Source: Antechinus flavipes (taxonomy: Eukaryota). Taken from it: a stretch of DNA of 64,000 nucleotides. The stretch lies in contig NC_067401.1 of NCBI RefSeq assembly GCF_016432865.1, positions 181,784,001-181,848,000 on the forward strand. Reading direction: 5' to 3'. The number at the start of each line of letters is the position of its first letter. The first letter of the stretch is position 1. Under the pieces are notes generated by a model. It did no database searches, was not told the DNA's origin, and saw only the letters and a list, made by a program, of their open reading frames with translations. A program made the translations under genes and the position numbers. This document shows, in pieces, positions 25,203 through 37,883 of this stretch.

Positions 25203-26429
25203 TAAGTGAATATCTTACCCTTTCCTCAAATACTCGCTAGTAAAATTTCTAATCCGGAAACTGGTATCTCGAACCTTTTCCACGAATATTTGCTAGTAAA
25301 GGTCTAATTTCTAAATCAAAAACTGTCTCTGGTTTCTCATCTATAAAATGAACTGGAGAAGAAAATGGCAAACCATTCCAGGATCTTTGCCAGGAAAACT
25401 CCAAAAATTATCATGAAGAGTCAAAGTTGAATAACAAATTCTTTCTATTCCCTTTGAGTATTTCCTCGTTCTAGATCTATATACAACAATCCCATCTTAG
25501 TGGAAAATGTAATCAAAAATATTCAAATGAATATCATATGCTCTGTACATAAAATGCTAAAATTTCCTTTTGTCTAATCTATCTTTGTGTGTCATTAACA
25601 GCTTAAGGTAAGATAGGGAAGGAGGATTCAAGGAAAGCTCTGAAGTGGGAATCATCCAGATTCTAGAATTCAAACTTGCTCTGCTCTATCCAGAACTTCT
25701 AGCTGTCTCTCAGGAATTCTTCACCACTTATCTCAGGAAACATCATTTGGTTTAATGATCTCCAAAATTCTTTTAACATAAATTCTTCAAAGCTTTAGTG
25801 TCCCAAAGGACATCTATTCCAAACAAATTTTGAAAAACATTTTACTCTATAGCATATCTGTTCTACTTTGCATTAAGAGTTCAACACTACTCTCAGTTCA
25901 CTTCATCTCTAAAAGGGAAAAAACTCAAATATAATCTATTCCAACCTGTAGCTATGGATGAATTCCCTCTACAGCATTCTAACTTAACATCTGATAGATC
26001 CAATAATATTACCTCCTAACTTAGCCTATTTCGTTTTTATGTGACTCAAAACTGAGTTTTCCTTTTAACAACGCAAAAATCTGTGTAACCTCTATTCACT
26101 GCCCCTCCCCTTCCTTTTCTTCTTGAACCATGCAAAAGAAGAGAGCTCTGCCAAACAGAAAGGGCCTTCAAATACTTCAAATACTACATAAGTGCCATGT
26201 TAACCACTCTCTCAAGCCTACTTCTTCAGATTAAATATACCAAATTTCATCAGACCAATTACTAATCATCCTTTCATATGTTTGGAGCATCCTCACCATC
26301 TTGGTCATTTCCTGGATTCATTCCAATTTTCATTGTCTTTCAGAGAATATTTTAGTCTGGGTTTTATATAATCAGTACTATGACTTCTCACAATAGACAA
26401 CATGTATCAAAGATTAGTTTAAGACTCTT

Positions 26430-26560
26430 GGGGCAGCTAGGTGGCCCAGTGGATAGAGTACCATCCCTAAAGTCAGGAGGGACTGAGTTCAAATTTGGTC
26501 TCAGACACTCAACATTTCATAGCTGTGTGATCCTGGGCAAAACACTTAACCCCAATTGCG
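26430..26560 (+). mobile_element. WSINE1-like SINE
   Basis: GGGGCAGCTAGGTGGCCCAGTGGATAGAG head. Confidence 0.85.
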
Positions 26561-27875
26561 GAGGTTGGGGGGACTGCACTACCTGTTTTGGTTGCCACAA
26601 TTCTCCGTGTACTAAACTCAGCAGTTTTTGTAGTTGTACAAATTGGGATCAAGCTTTACCTCCTCCATTCTGTATTTGTGCTGGTAATGTTGTTTAATTA
26701 TAATTACAAATATGATTACATTACATTTATCCCTATTAAAATTCATCTTAATCACTGACTGACTTCATTTTAAGCCTCTAGAATAAAATACAAAATGCCA
26801 ATGATATTGAGTGACTCAGACATCCTTAAAAGGAATGATTTTGTCTTCTAGCACTCTCTATTTTTATTGTTCAGCACATAGCAAGCCTCTTTTTTGGATT
26901 TTCACAAGAAGAGCAAGGAGTATTCAGATTCTTCAGTGTGGCACTGCCATCTGACCTACTGACTTAACTGAAGGACTCCTAAACCTTGACACTTGTACGA
27001 CATTAGCACCCTTAGGATTTCCAAGACTTTACATATATTCTTTGCAATTGAATTTTCTTTGATGTATTGTCTTCTTCAATAAGAATATGAATCAATATTG
27101 TCTCAATTTTTCTGTTTGCAACCCCAGTTCTTAGCAATGTGCTTGGAACATAGTAAGCACTAAATAAATGCTTTTTCATTTATTTATTAATTTACAATTC
27201 AATATGTGACTATAAGAAAAAGCATTTACTATATTTCAGATGTAACCCCTGTCCCAAACAAAACCTATGGGTATGGGACTCTCCTTATTGATGGACATGA
27301 ATGCCTTACCCTGGGTGAAGAACAAGATAGACTTAGAGCAGGAGAGCTCCAAGGAGCTTCAGTTTTGTTTGGGACTTTTCAAATATCAAGTTACTATGGG
27401 AACACTTATTGTTTCTACCTTTGAGAGGGAAGAAGAAAGAAATTAACCTCATTTCAGTTTACTAAAAGAAAAGACTCTGAGAAGACATCTGAGAAGCAGG
27501 TAGTCATCATGAACCTATCCCCAATTTGTTTCAAGGACTTTCACTTTAGGTGAAATCTAGAACTTTCTCTCTATTCCTCTCTCTTTTTCTCTCCCCCCTT
27601 CTCTGTCTCTGTCTCTGTTTCTGTTTCTGTCTCTCTGAATTCCTTACTCTACATTGTCTAGTATATATTCTCCTATGTGTATCTTCTCTGATTTCTGCAT
27701 TTGGATTAAGGTGTTTCTTTGCTATTTGCTCTGTGTGCTTATTGTGAAACTGGTATTTGGAGGTAAAGAAATCAAACTTTCTTAGACATAGAGTTTGGCA
27801 TTTCCCTTCTCCCCAATAATTTAAAAAAAAAAGTGATCTGAAGTTAGATTGTACATGATCATATTCCCTAGACTA

Positions 27876-28062
27876 GTAGTTCTCAAAGTGTGGTCAGAGA
27901 ATACTGGGAATCTCTGAAACTCTTTCCCAAGGGCTAGAAATTCAATATTAGCTTTTCTTTCTAATATGGTAAACAAAACCCACATTAAAAACCCTTTGGA
28001 CAGATCCTTAATAATTTTTAATAATGTAAAAATACTGAGAATGAAAGTTTGAGAACCACTGA
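27876..28062. mobile_element. hAT/Charlie MITE
   Basis: TAGTAGTTCTCAAAGTGTGGTC...TTTGAGAACCACTG termini. Confidence 0.7.
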
Positions 28063-28150
28063 AGGAAGGAAGGAAAGAAAAAAGGAAGGAAGGAAGGAAG
28101 GAAAAAAGGAAGGAAGAAAGGAAGGGAGGAAGGAAGGAGAAAAAGAGAGA
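28063..28150. repeat. (GGAA)n purine-rich simple repeat
   Basis: Direct reading. Confidence 0.9.
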
Positions 28151-29075
28151 GGTAGAGAAATATCTTTGTGTAGTAGGTAGTAAGAAGAATAGGCAAATAG
28201 AAAGGAGAGGTAAACCTAGCTCATTGACGACCTTGATTTTCTCTGTTCTTCCTAGCATTTTTTGCAGTGGAATAGAATAGGGTAAAGAGGAAGAAAAGGG
28301 GATAAAGATAAGGGTAGCATGAAAGAAAATCAGCCAAAGACAGAATTTCTCTCTCCAAAATATAATGGTTAGATCTCCAAACTCAGTATTTCTTTGGCTA
28401 GCAGTGGGATAATCTAATGGTAATTTCCTCAAAAAGCTCAGTCAACCTACAATGAATTAGTTGATTGGGTCTTTTTCTCCTTACTAGAGAATTCCAATTA
28501 TAGAAGAAAAGAGGGAGAGAAATCTGTTAGATCTTCCCCATTGTTTTGTCCTATGAGTGTCTTTTTCATAAGCATGTTGGAATAGAGATGAAAACTTCGT
28601 GTTAGAACTTAGTGCAGAAATACAGTTGACTTGCTTAAGAAAATCTGCTATCTTTGAGGGATATGGGTTGACACCAGGGAGTCATGTCCAATATTTATAT
28701 ACCACAGGGTATATATCCTTCAAGATTGTCTGGTTTGTTATCCAAAGAAGTCTGGTCCACTATCTTTGATTTTATATGTGGATTTTTACAATGAACATTT
28801 CTAGTTACAGGAAAGTAGGGGAAGTTGCTACTAGGCCCTCATTTCCAATTGCCACATAATCATCCCCCATTCCTTAGCTCTTTAATCAATTATATCAATT
28901 TCATTATTCATGATAGCTCTTGTAACCCATCATAAATCGTTCCCTACCTATAAAGTCTTGTTCTTTGTTCTGTATTCCCCAAAACTGTTTAAGGGAATTG
29001 TCCCTTTCATTTGAAGTCTTAGTTTTGTGAAGAAGCAAAGATCCTGTTTAATGTTCTGTAGTGTTCTTCTTCTTT

Positions 29076-29684
29076 TGTATAATATATGATGGTTCTCTGG
29101 GAGCAGGTTTCTTGGGGAGATTTTCTGGAGGCAGCCTTAGTTTCAGTTCAGATCAATAATCACTTCAAATGCAGCCAGTTGATAAAATCTAAACCTTTAT
29201 TTTCTCCTTCCAAGTCTTATCTCTTTCCTTGGGCCCATTTAGCTTTCTTAGAGGCCTCTCTCCCTCCTTGGTTCCATGAACTCTTGCAGCTTGTCTTTTA
29301 GCTCTTCCAGCTTCTGCCTCTAGCTCAACTCTGACTCGTGGCTTCTCAATCTCCAACTGACATTCGCCTCTCAATCTTTTTCAACTCAACTCTCCTGACT
29401 GAGCTCAGCTATTTTATGCTCTTTTAGAGGTGTAAACTCAAAGGTTGACTCCTCCTCTGAGAGTGGGATTATGGGAGGTGTGAATTTGGATATCTCATAC
29501 TGAACCCTGAAATCTCCCAAACTTGTGAATTAATGTGTGAGCTAATGTGTGAATTCTCAAAGGTGTTAACTTAAGCATTGTTTCTATCAATACTAGTGAC
29601 TTAACACCTTGTAAGGATTTGCTTTAATGTGTGAACCAATAAGCATTGTATCAATTCCATTGAGTTAACACTAGCATCCTAACA
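29076..29684 (-). mobile_element. Solo LTR (different family)
   Basis: TG...CA ends, a poly(A) signal on - (TTTATT ~29197) and internal U3 direct repeats. Confidence 0.6.
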
Positions 29685-32179
29685 ATATTCATTTGTACTT
29701 TACTGATAAATTGATCATTCTCAGAACTTGGTTCTCATTTTACTCTATTTTGACACCCCTGACATGAAGGCTCTGTCATCACCCAGAAGAACTTCCAGGC
29801 TCATCTTTTCCAGACATTCTCTTGCCATTGCCCCTTTTTGACAGGAAATGGTGCCAGTTTGCACTTAGCCACAGACTTACTACAACCTTGAAGGTTTATA
29901 CCTTCAAGTAAATCACTTTCATTCTACAAAATCAGCATGAAAAGTTGGTTTATGGTATAATTAATTAGTGTAATGGTTAAATGGGTATCTCAGGAAGAAA
30001 CCCATACAAAAGTTCAACATTATTTTCCAAGGTAATTGATATATGTATTATAATGGTTCCATCATATGTTTTAAGCCAAGGGAATTTCTCCAAAGATAGG
30101 AATCTCAGAGATATTTTCTTGTAGCTGACTTTTGCAATGTGCTGAGAGCACTGAATAAGTAACCATCTTCAACTACAAGAAAGTGAAGTTTTCTGTTTCC
30201 AACTGGAATGTGTCACCCAGTCTTTCCCCATTCTTTTTTCCAAGGTTATCTTCATTGAATCCCCTCCTGACTTTCTGCTTGTGTCCTTTTGAATATAGCA
30301 AGGAAAATGGCAAGCTTTCTATATACCTCTTTGTTTGGCACCATAGCAGCTCATATTGGGCTCAGGTTGGAGTTCCTGCTGGTTTTTTTTTCCATAGAAA
30401 GTTCTCAAAAGAACAATTTTTTCCATAAGAATGAATTTAAAAACATTTATTAAGCATTTATTGTGCTAAGCATTAGAGATACAAATAAAAAAATCAAAAT
30501 AATCACTGATTTCAAGGAGCTCATATTCTATCAGGTAGATATAACATACAGGAGAAAAGAATGTTCAGAATAGATGGAAAAGCATGTGGTTTTTAGTGTG
30601 TAATCCAGGAATATGCTAGAACCAAGTGTTAAATTTCCACTGTGAGCATTTGTACTTCAGAAATCTGCAATGTCTACAAATGAAATTTGTTGAATATGTA
30701 GATTTAAGAAAGCATCAATAATAGATTAAACAAATGTCAGAGTTCAGATGTTATACATTGCCAGCACACTACTGTATTACTCCATACTGCTACACACTCC
30801 TTGAACTCAGAAAGAGCCTGTAGAAGACTCAAAAAGGAAGTCATCACAATATATTGGAGTTCTGCTAGCCATAGAATAACAACAAATAATAATAATAATA
30901 ATAACTGGCATTTACACAGCACTTTAAAGTTTGCAGAGTGCTTTACATTCATCATCTCACTCAAGTCTCACAACACTCATGAGTATAATAGAAAAGCAAA
31001 GGACAATTTAATTTCATTTATTGCCATTAATATTCATTCTTTAGCCATTTCTGACAATGAAATATTTTTCACATTGCCAAGGATTTTGATGGCAAGAACT
31101 TTCCCAAATGGCTACTGAGAAGGCTGAGCTTAAGCACTTACTTATAGAGTCAGTTTCTTTAAAAATTTATTTTCTTACTTAATAGCTGGACCAGGCTGAA
31201 AGCAGAACCAAGAGACCAGAGAACAGGGATGCAGCTATTCCCAGACTTTGAATATTTATATTTTGTATTGTCTGCCTCCACCATAGTTTGAACATCTCTC
31301 TCTAAAAAGTCAAAATAAAATACTGTCAAATCAGAAAACAACCTTGCCAAGGAAATGCTTAGATAAGAAAATTTGATCCTCTTCTCCTCCTTACTGTAAG
31401 AAATAATTCCATTGGAGTTGGAAGGGATGAAGTTAATTACACAACTGCAGAAGAACGTGGGATTCCAGAACACCTAAAATTTTATTAATTTTATTTTTTT
31501 ATACCCTGTTGGCCAAACACAAGTTCCTCCCCTGATTTCCCATTGACTATGTACCATAGATGACATAGCCTATTCAGAGCACCTAATCCTTCCAAATGAG
31601 TGGATGGATCTCCACCCCTGATTACACCATTATACCTTCCCTTCCTGGTCACCTTATTTGGACCTAGTGCAGTCTTTTCCCTGATTCCCTGTTGGCTGAG
31701 TACTATAAAAGGTGACAGCCTATCTTGAGAGAGTAATTTACCCAAATGAGTCTTCACCCCTAATTACATCACTACTACTTTTCTCCCTCACCTGAGTTTA
31801 AGTCTTTAATTACATCTTCCTTTCTACTGGTAAGTCCCTACCCTCTGATTATATTTTACAATCCCATTTCTTATTCTAAGTCCCCACCTCTGGTTACATT
31901 TTACAATTGTTTGCAAGTCTGAGGATTTTGAGAATGTAAAAAAGGATGGATACATGAGGAAGGTAGGTTCTGTCAGGGAAGTGAAAGTCAGTATTGGTTT
32001 GGGACTAGGATAGGAACATTGTTAGATAATAAGTTTCATTCCTTAGCTATGAGTTGGAAATTTATATTAGATTTTGTCCCTATCTTTCCCTAGTTCCAAT
32101 AGTTTTTACACTTTGCTTTTTGACTTTTCCCATATATTCAATATTCTTTCCAAATTGTGCTTTCTCTTTTATTGTAAAG

Positions 32180-32800
32180 AACAAAGAATTCTTGGATTAT
32201 CTGAAAGCTATGATAGAAAAAAGAGTCTGGATAGCATCTTTCAAAAAATTATCAAGGAAAGCTGTCCTGATATCCTAGAATCAGAGGGCAAAATAATCAT
32301 TAAAAGGCTCTACCAATCACTAATCTACCAATCCTGAAAGAGATCCTTAGAGAAGAAAACTCCAAAGAATATTGTAGCCAATTCTTAAATTATCAAGTCA
32401 AGGACAAAGTAAATAGCTCCAGCAAAAATAAATACCAGATGATTCAGGCCAATTCCAATAGACATATGATGGAAAGAGCCATCTGCATCCAAAAAGAATA
32501 CTGTGAGTACTGAATGTGGATCACAACATGGTATGTTCACCTTTTTTGTTGTTGTTTGCTTGGTTTTTTTTTTTTCTTTCTCTTCTCTTCTCTTCCTTTT
32601 GATCTGATTTTTCTTGTGCATCATGAAAATGTAAATATGTTTAGAAGAATTGCACATGTTTAACCTATATTGGATTACTTGCTATCTAGGAGAGGGGATG
32701 GGGAGAAGGGAGGGAGAAAAATTTGGATCACAGGTTTTGCAAGGGTGAATGTTGAAAACTATCTTTGCATATATTTTGGAAATAAAAAGCTATTATTACT
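32180..32800 (+). mobile_element. L1 fragments (ORF1-like piece plus 3' end)
   Basis: AGTCTGGATAGCATCTTTCAAAAAATTATCAAGGAAAGCTGTCCTGAT (ORF1-like), followed by an L1 3' UTR ending near AATAAAAAG. Confidence 0.65.
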
Positions 32801-33632
32801 AAAATATCAAAAATATTTTTTGAAAAGAATAAGTATCAGAATAACCAGGATCACAGCTAAAACCACCTTTTAGATCTAATCTTTTTAGAAGAAGGAATCT
32901 GGAATGGAATGGTCACATTCAGTGATTAAACATAGGGCATATAAAACTTCAGCCTTTCCTGTCTTGGAAAATATCAAAGCTACTCTGGAGAAGGAAGAAG
33001 CTCCATCTATCAACTTTGTACTTGGTTCATCCTAAATATCTAGGCTGAAACCTCAATTTCTTTCCATTACAATAATTATGTTTCTGAATAGAGGAAAAAA
33101 CTAAATTGCTATAGAAATCCAACCCAACTTCTCTTGTTTGAAGAGGAGAATTTGGATATAATCCCTACAGATTTTCCTTTGACAATCACAGAAGCTGCTA
33201 CCAAAAACCAATCTTTTCTCTCAGGAGTTGAGAATTCTTTCAGGAATGATATTCTTTTTACCCAGTGATCTCTTCACTGTAGATGAGGCTTTGGGTACCA
33301 TCCAGCTGACTTGTATTCCAATTATATGTCCCTATCTTCATGACTATTCATTTCAGTTTAATAGCAGTTGAAAGCTATAAAGATCTGAAACATGATTCTT
33401 CAATTGAATTCCATGACAATTACACCAAGCCCTGACTCTCGACACTAATGTTTTATCTCCTTATTGATTTCCCAAGGCAGGTTAGTGGGAATGCTCTGGA
33501 TCAGTGGTGGCTCGTCAAGCAGAAAATGTAAGAAAATTCTGCTTCCCTCTTTGGATTCTGTCTGCTTCAGGAGAAATCCAAGCTCTATATGAGTCCAGAA
33601 TAAAAGATACTTATGGACACATACTCCCTATA

Positions 33633-33668
<36 letters not shown>

Positions 33669-34055
33669 TTTGCCCATCATCTATGTTAGGTCACACAGAC
33701 ATGACATAAATTGATTCTACACTAATTCTCAATTCACCTGTGGGATGGCATCTAGCTAATTCTGAGGTTACTCTCACTCTCACTCACTCTCCAAAGGGTT
33801 CATGACAATGACATGGCTCTGAACTAAACAACTGAATGAAATGAAAGCTCCCAAAATTCTTTGGCAATGATTTTCTGATTTTTAATCTATCATTGATTAT
33901 GAATAAAAAAAGTGTAGTTAATATACTTTTCCTTTGACCTTTCTCCAACACCAAAGATAAAAGACCTCAAATATGTTGGTTGGCTTCTTTTCTCCTCTCA
34001 ACTGGATATTCTTCCCCTATTTGTTAAGACCCTAGACCTGAGCCAAACCTAAGCC

Positions 34056-34576
34056 TGTTGTGCCACAGTTCTCTTTAATTGCCCTGACTCAGTTTCCCTA
34101 ATTGGTTCTGCCTCAGTTTCTTAACTGTTCTGCCTCAATTCCCTTAGGTGCAAAATCCCCCTCCAGTTCATTAAGACTGAGGACCACTTGCTCTAAGGTT
34201 ATAAATTGTCGATGTGAGACTCAAGATACAGGGGAATTCAGACTTCCTGTCTCCTAACTCCTTCCATCATCAAGAATTTATGGTCCTACCCTCTATCCTG
34301 TCATTGTTCTTCTTTATCCCAATTTGCCAGAATGTCTGGGTGTCTCCCACCACCCTGTCAAAACCAGATTGATAGTCTATTCCCACTCTCAATGTTCTGA
34401 CTCCGGCCCCCGCCTTAGTCTATTCCTGTAGCTGAGCCATGTGTGTATATATGTCATTGAGAACTCACATTCACCACTGGATGAGAGTCTTGTCCAGTCA
34501 ATCAATTAAACTCTCCAATTAATAAAATATTAAAAACTCTCTAATCTATTCTTGTCCCAGTTTCTCCAGCATAACA
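34056..34576 (+). mobile_element. Solo LTR (family A)
   Basis: TGTTGTGCCACAGTTCTC...CAGCATAACA, homologous to 61162-61650. Confidence 0.85.
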
Positions 34577-35410
34577 GTCATAAGTGATTTTCTACCCTTT
34601 AGCCCTCTCTGGTAGAGGTATAAAGAGTTAGAAGGAAGATTCCTTTCTTTAGAGGCCAGAGTCTCCCATAACTGACCCTGCATGTTACATAGATAACAAA
34701 GTTAAGAGGGAGCCCTTAGTAGAAGAGAGACTCAGTATCCCCAGGTCTCACAGTAGGTCTGGTTATTACACATCTTATTTCATATTACCCCCTTTCACAC
34801 ACTAGGTGGCACAAGTGCAAACCTTAAAATACTATAACTATTTTGATGATGATGACACACTTTCTCTTCCAACTGAAAGCTATGTTCTATGTAGTAATTT
34901 CTATCTCAACTTTCATGCTTTTGCACAATTGTTTCTTCTCGACAGGAATGCACTCCATCACTACAGTCCTTTCCTAATATTCCTAGCATGGAGGAGGTAG
35001 AGTTTGGGGAAAAATATCTTCTCCCCCAAAAAAGTAAGCATAGAAATCAAAGACACAGAACTACAGTATTATGAAAATAAAGTCCCTCAGGTTGGCAAGA
35101 ATAGGATGAGCCTTAGTGATTTCTATCTTGAAGGAGGAAGGACTCCACTATCTTAGAAATTTCCTGCAACATGTTCTGATAAGGCTAAGCTCTGAAAAAT
35201 GCATTATCTCATTAGAACAAACCTGATCTTTGAAACTCCAAAGAACCAGTAGGTTAACAATTCTAATCCTAAGGTTAGCTCATCCTCCTCCAAATCACCC
35301 AATATGCTGTCCTTATTAATCAACCTCCCAGATAAAGGGACTGAGCAGTCTCCCTGATAAGCTCCTTTTGCCTTGCAATAATGTTACCCTGAAGCTAAGT
35401 AAAACTTATA

Positions 35411-36194
35411 TATGTGTATCTTTATTGCTCAACATTCTCCACTTACTGCCAATGTTAATTTAACTTTTTATTTTGCCTCTTGATTTATTGATCTCCAATA
35501 AAACTCATGGAAATAGGAGGAATTACTCTCTGGAGGATCTTAGGACTCTCTGGATTGAATAATTCCCCAATACTAGCTTCCTTCAAAACAAAAAGTTATT
35601 CTTCAATTATTGGCCTCTTTCACTCTGGAAATTACTTTGTATTACTTTTAAATTTCTTTGTATTTTTTATTTTTGTATATGTCCTACTCCTCAGTAGAGT
35701 ATACATTTCTAGAGAGGAGGGACTGTTTCATTATATGTCTTGTATATAGTAGGTGTTCCACGAGTGTTGAATTGAACACTAAAATCCAGAAATTAAGAAA
35801 TTCCCTGTAAAGTGTACTTAGGCCTTTGTTTAAATAGGCAGTTCCCAACAATGTTTACATAGGTCTGATGAGTCTTTTTTTTTTTTTCAATTCAAATGAT
35901 TGAATATTTATTCAAAGTAAATATTTTGGGATAGAAGTATTAAGATAGTCAATTCATATCAATTAATCAACAAGTATTTATTAAATGCCTATGTGTATCT
36001 TTATTGCTCAACATTCTCCACTTACTGCCAATGTTAATTTAACTTTTTATTTTGCCTCTTGATTTATTGATCTCCAATAAAACTCATGGAAATAGGAGGA
36101 ATTACTCTCTGGAGGATCTTAGGACTCTCTGGATTGAATAATTCCCCAATACTAGTTTCCTTCAAAACAAAAAGTTATTCTTCAATTATTGGCC
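35411..36194 (+). repeat. 205-bp direct duplication (35411-35615 and 35990-36194)
   Basis: The copies differ at one site read by eye (AGCTTCC versus AGTTTCC). Confidence 0.92.
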
Positions 36195-36589
36195 AATTAT
36201 TATGTTCCAGGCACTATGCTGAGCACTGAAGATACAAAGAAAGGGAAAAAAAAAAAAAAACTGGTCCTTCCTTGCTCTGAAGAAGCTCAATCTAATGAAG
36301 CTCGAGCTGTACAAACCAAATATAAAACAGGATAAATTGGGGGAAAAATATTAGAGAGAAGAACTAAAATAAGGAGGACCTGGAAAGTTTTTCTGCAGTA
36401 GATAAAAATGTTGTTAAGGAAACCAGAAGTCAGAGATGAGGAGGGAGAGAATTCCAAGCAGAAGATGACAAGTTAAAATTTACAATTGGAAGATTAGGTA
36501 GCTTGTGAGAGGAACAGCAAAGAGGTCAATGTCACTGGATCAGAAAGTACTTGAAAGAGGATAAGCCAGTATGGGGGCTTGCCTATATT

Positions 36590-36815
36590 AAAGAAGACAC
36601 TATGCTTTGTGAGCAAAGCAGATTTGCAAGAACTCAAAAGAAATATGAGATATACAAATTTAGAGACATCGCCACTCTAAATGTTCATATGAACTATTTT
36701 GCCCTATCTGTGGTAGAGCCTTCCAAGCTCATATTGGTCTGATCAACCACAGCAGGACTCATACTACCTAAATCCCAACATAGTGATGTCATTTTAGTTC
36801 TCTTTGAGAATGAAA
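36590..36815 (+). mobile_element. RTE LINE 3' end
   Basis: Decayed C-terminal zinc-finger-like motif (ICGRAFQAHIGLINHSRTH). Confidence 0.7.
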
Positions 36816-37629
36816 AAGAGCAATCAAACAATCTGAAAGATAATAAGTGTAAGAAGACTGGAAAGATTAAAGGACCAGGATATGAAGGGTTTTTAAAGAC
36901 AAATAAAATTTTATATTTGTTTCTGGGAACCACTGGAGTTTAGGGGAAGTAACACGCACTTCAGAAAGATCAAATTGATAATTATCTCGAGAATGAATTG
37001 TAATGAAAAGAGATTGTATATTAGGGTATTGCAGATATCCATATATGAACAACAAGGCCTGGACTGGAATAAGATCAGTGTTAGAGAAAAGGGAATATAA
37101 ACAAGAAAACTGACAGGTTGAAGTGAGAGTGAATGTAACACCTAGATGACTGAGAAGCTGGTGGTACCCTTAGATAGAAACAGTAGGATATGAAGGACTG
37201 AAAAAGTGGAAGATAATGAATTCAGTTTTGGATATGTTGACACCATAAGTCTGTGGGACATTCAGTTTGACATATATGCCTATTGGTAGTTGCAGATGCA
37301 AATTGGACTTCAGGATAAATAATGAATATGTAGCTTTCCAAGGAGTTAGAAATACCTGGTTCAAACTTTGCCTCTGGCACATACTGTTTGTATGACCCTG
37401 GACAAGTCATTTTAAATTCTGGGTTTCTCTGACAACTCTTTAATATTTAAGTTGCATTGGCAGAGGAAGTTTCTCATCTGAAGCTATGAAACAACATCGA
37501 TGCTCTCACAAAAACGGTAAAAAGAAAACAAAAACAAAAACACTTCCATATTTATACGTATGTGTGTACCTTTACTAGCTTTCATTCTTAATTCACTATA
37601 TAGCATTGTTACACGATACACTGCTTCTT

Positions 37630-37694
37630 AAACTTTCTAGATGGATTTTCTACCTAGTAACTAATGAAGTAGTTAAATTCCGGGATTCTATTGG
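37630..37694 (+). promoter_or_regulatory. MHC-II-type S-X-Y module upstream of the BTN2A-like exon 1
   Basis: S-like AAACTTT 37630-37636, then 16 bp, X1-like CCTAGTAACTAATG 37653-37666, then 20 bp, Y box TCTATTGG 37687-37694. Confidence 0.8.
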
Positions 37695-37779
37695 ATAAAT
37701 TGCTAAAAAATCTACCAATCCCAGGCTAGATCCTGTTAAGCCCTCTTTAGAGTTGCATGGCCTCAAAATGAAGATACAG

Positions 37780-37883
37780 ACCAGAAGTTTCTAGGATACT
37801 GCCGAAACGTTGAGAAAATTCTGTTGCCCTCTTCAGGCAACTTTGACCTTTGGGTTTGTCTATCCCATGAGGAATTCAAGCAG
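37780..37883 (+). other. Probable non-coding exon 1 of the BTN2A-like gene (5' end approximate)
   Basis: Consensus donor CAG|GTGAGT at 37883/37884, ~190 bp downstream of the Y box. Confidence 0.65.

Noticed and set aside
27821-28432. 203-aa minus-strand ORF
   Set aside because: Runs through a (GGAA)n repeat and a MITE; low complexity.
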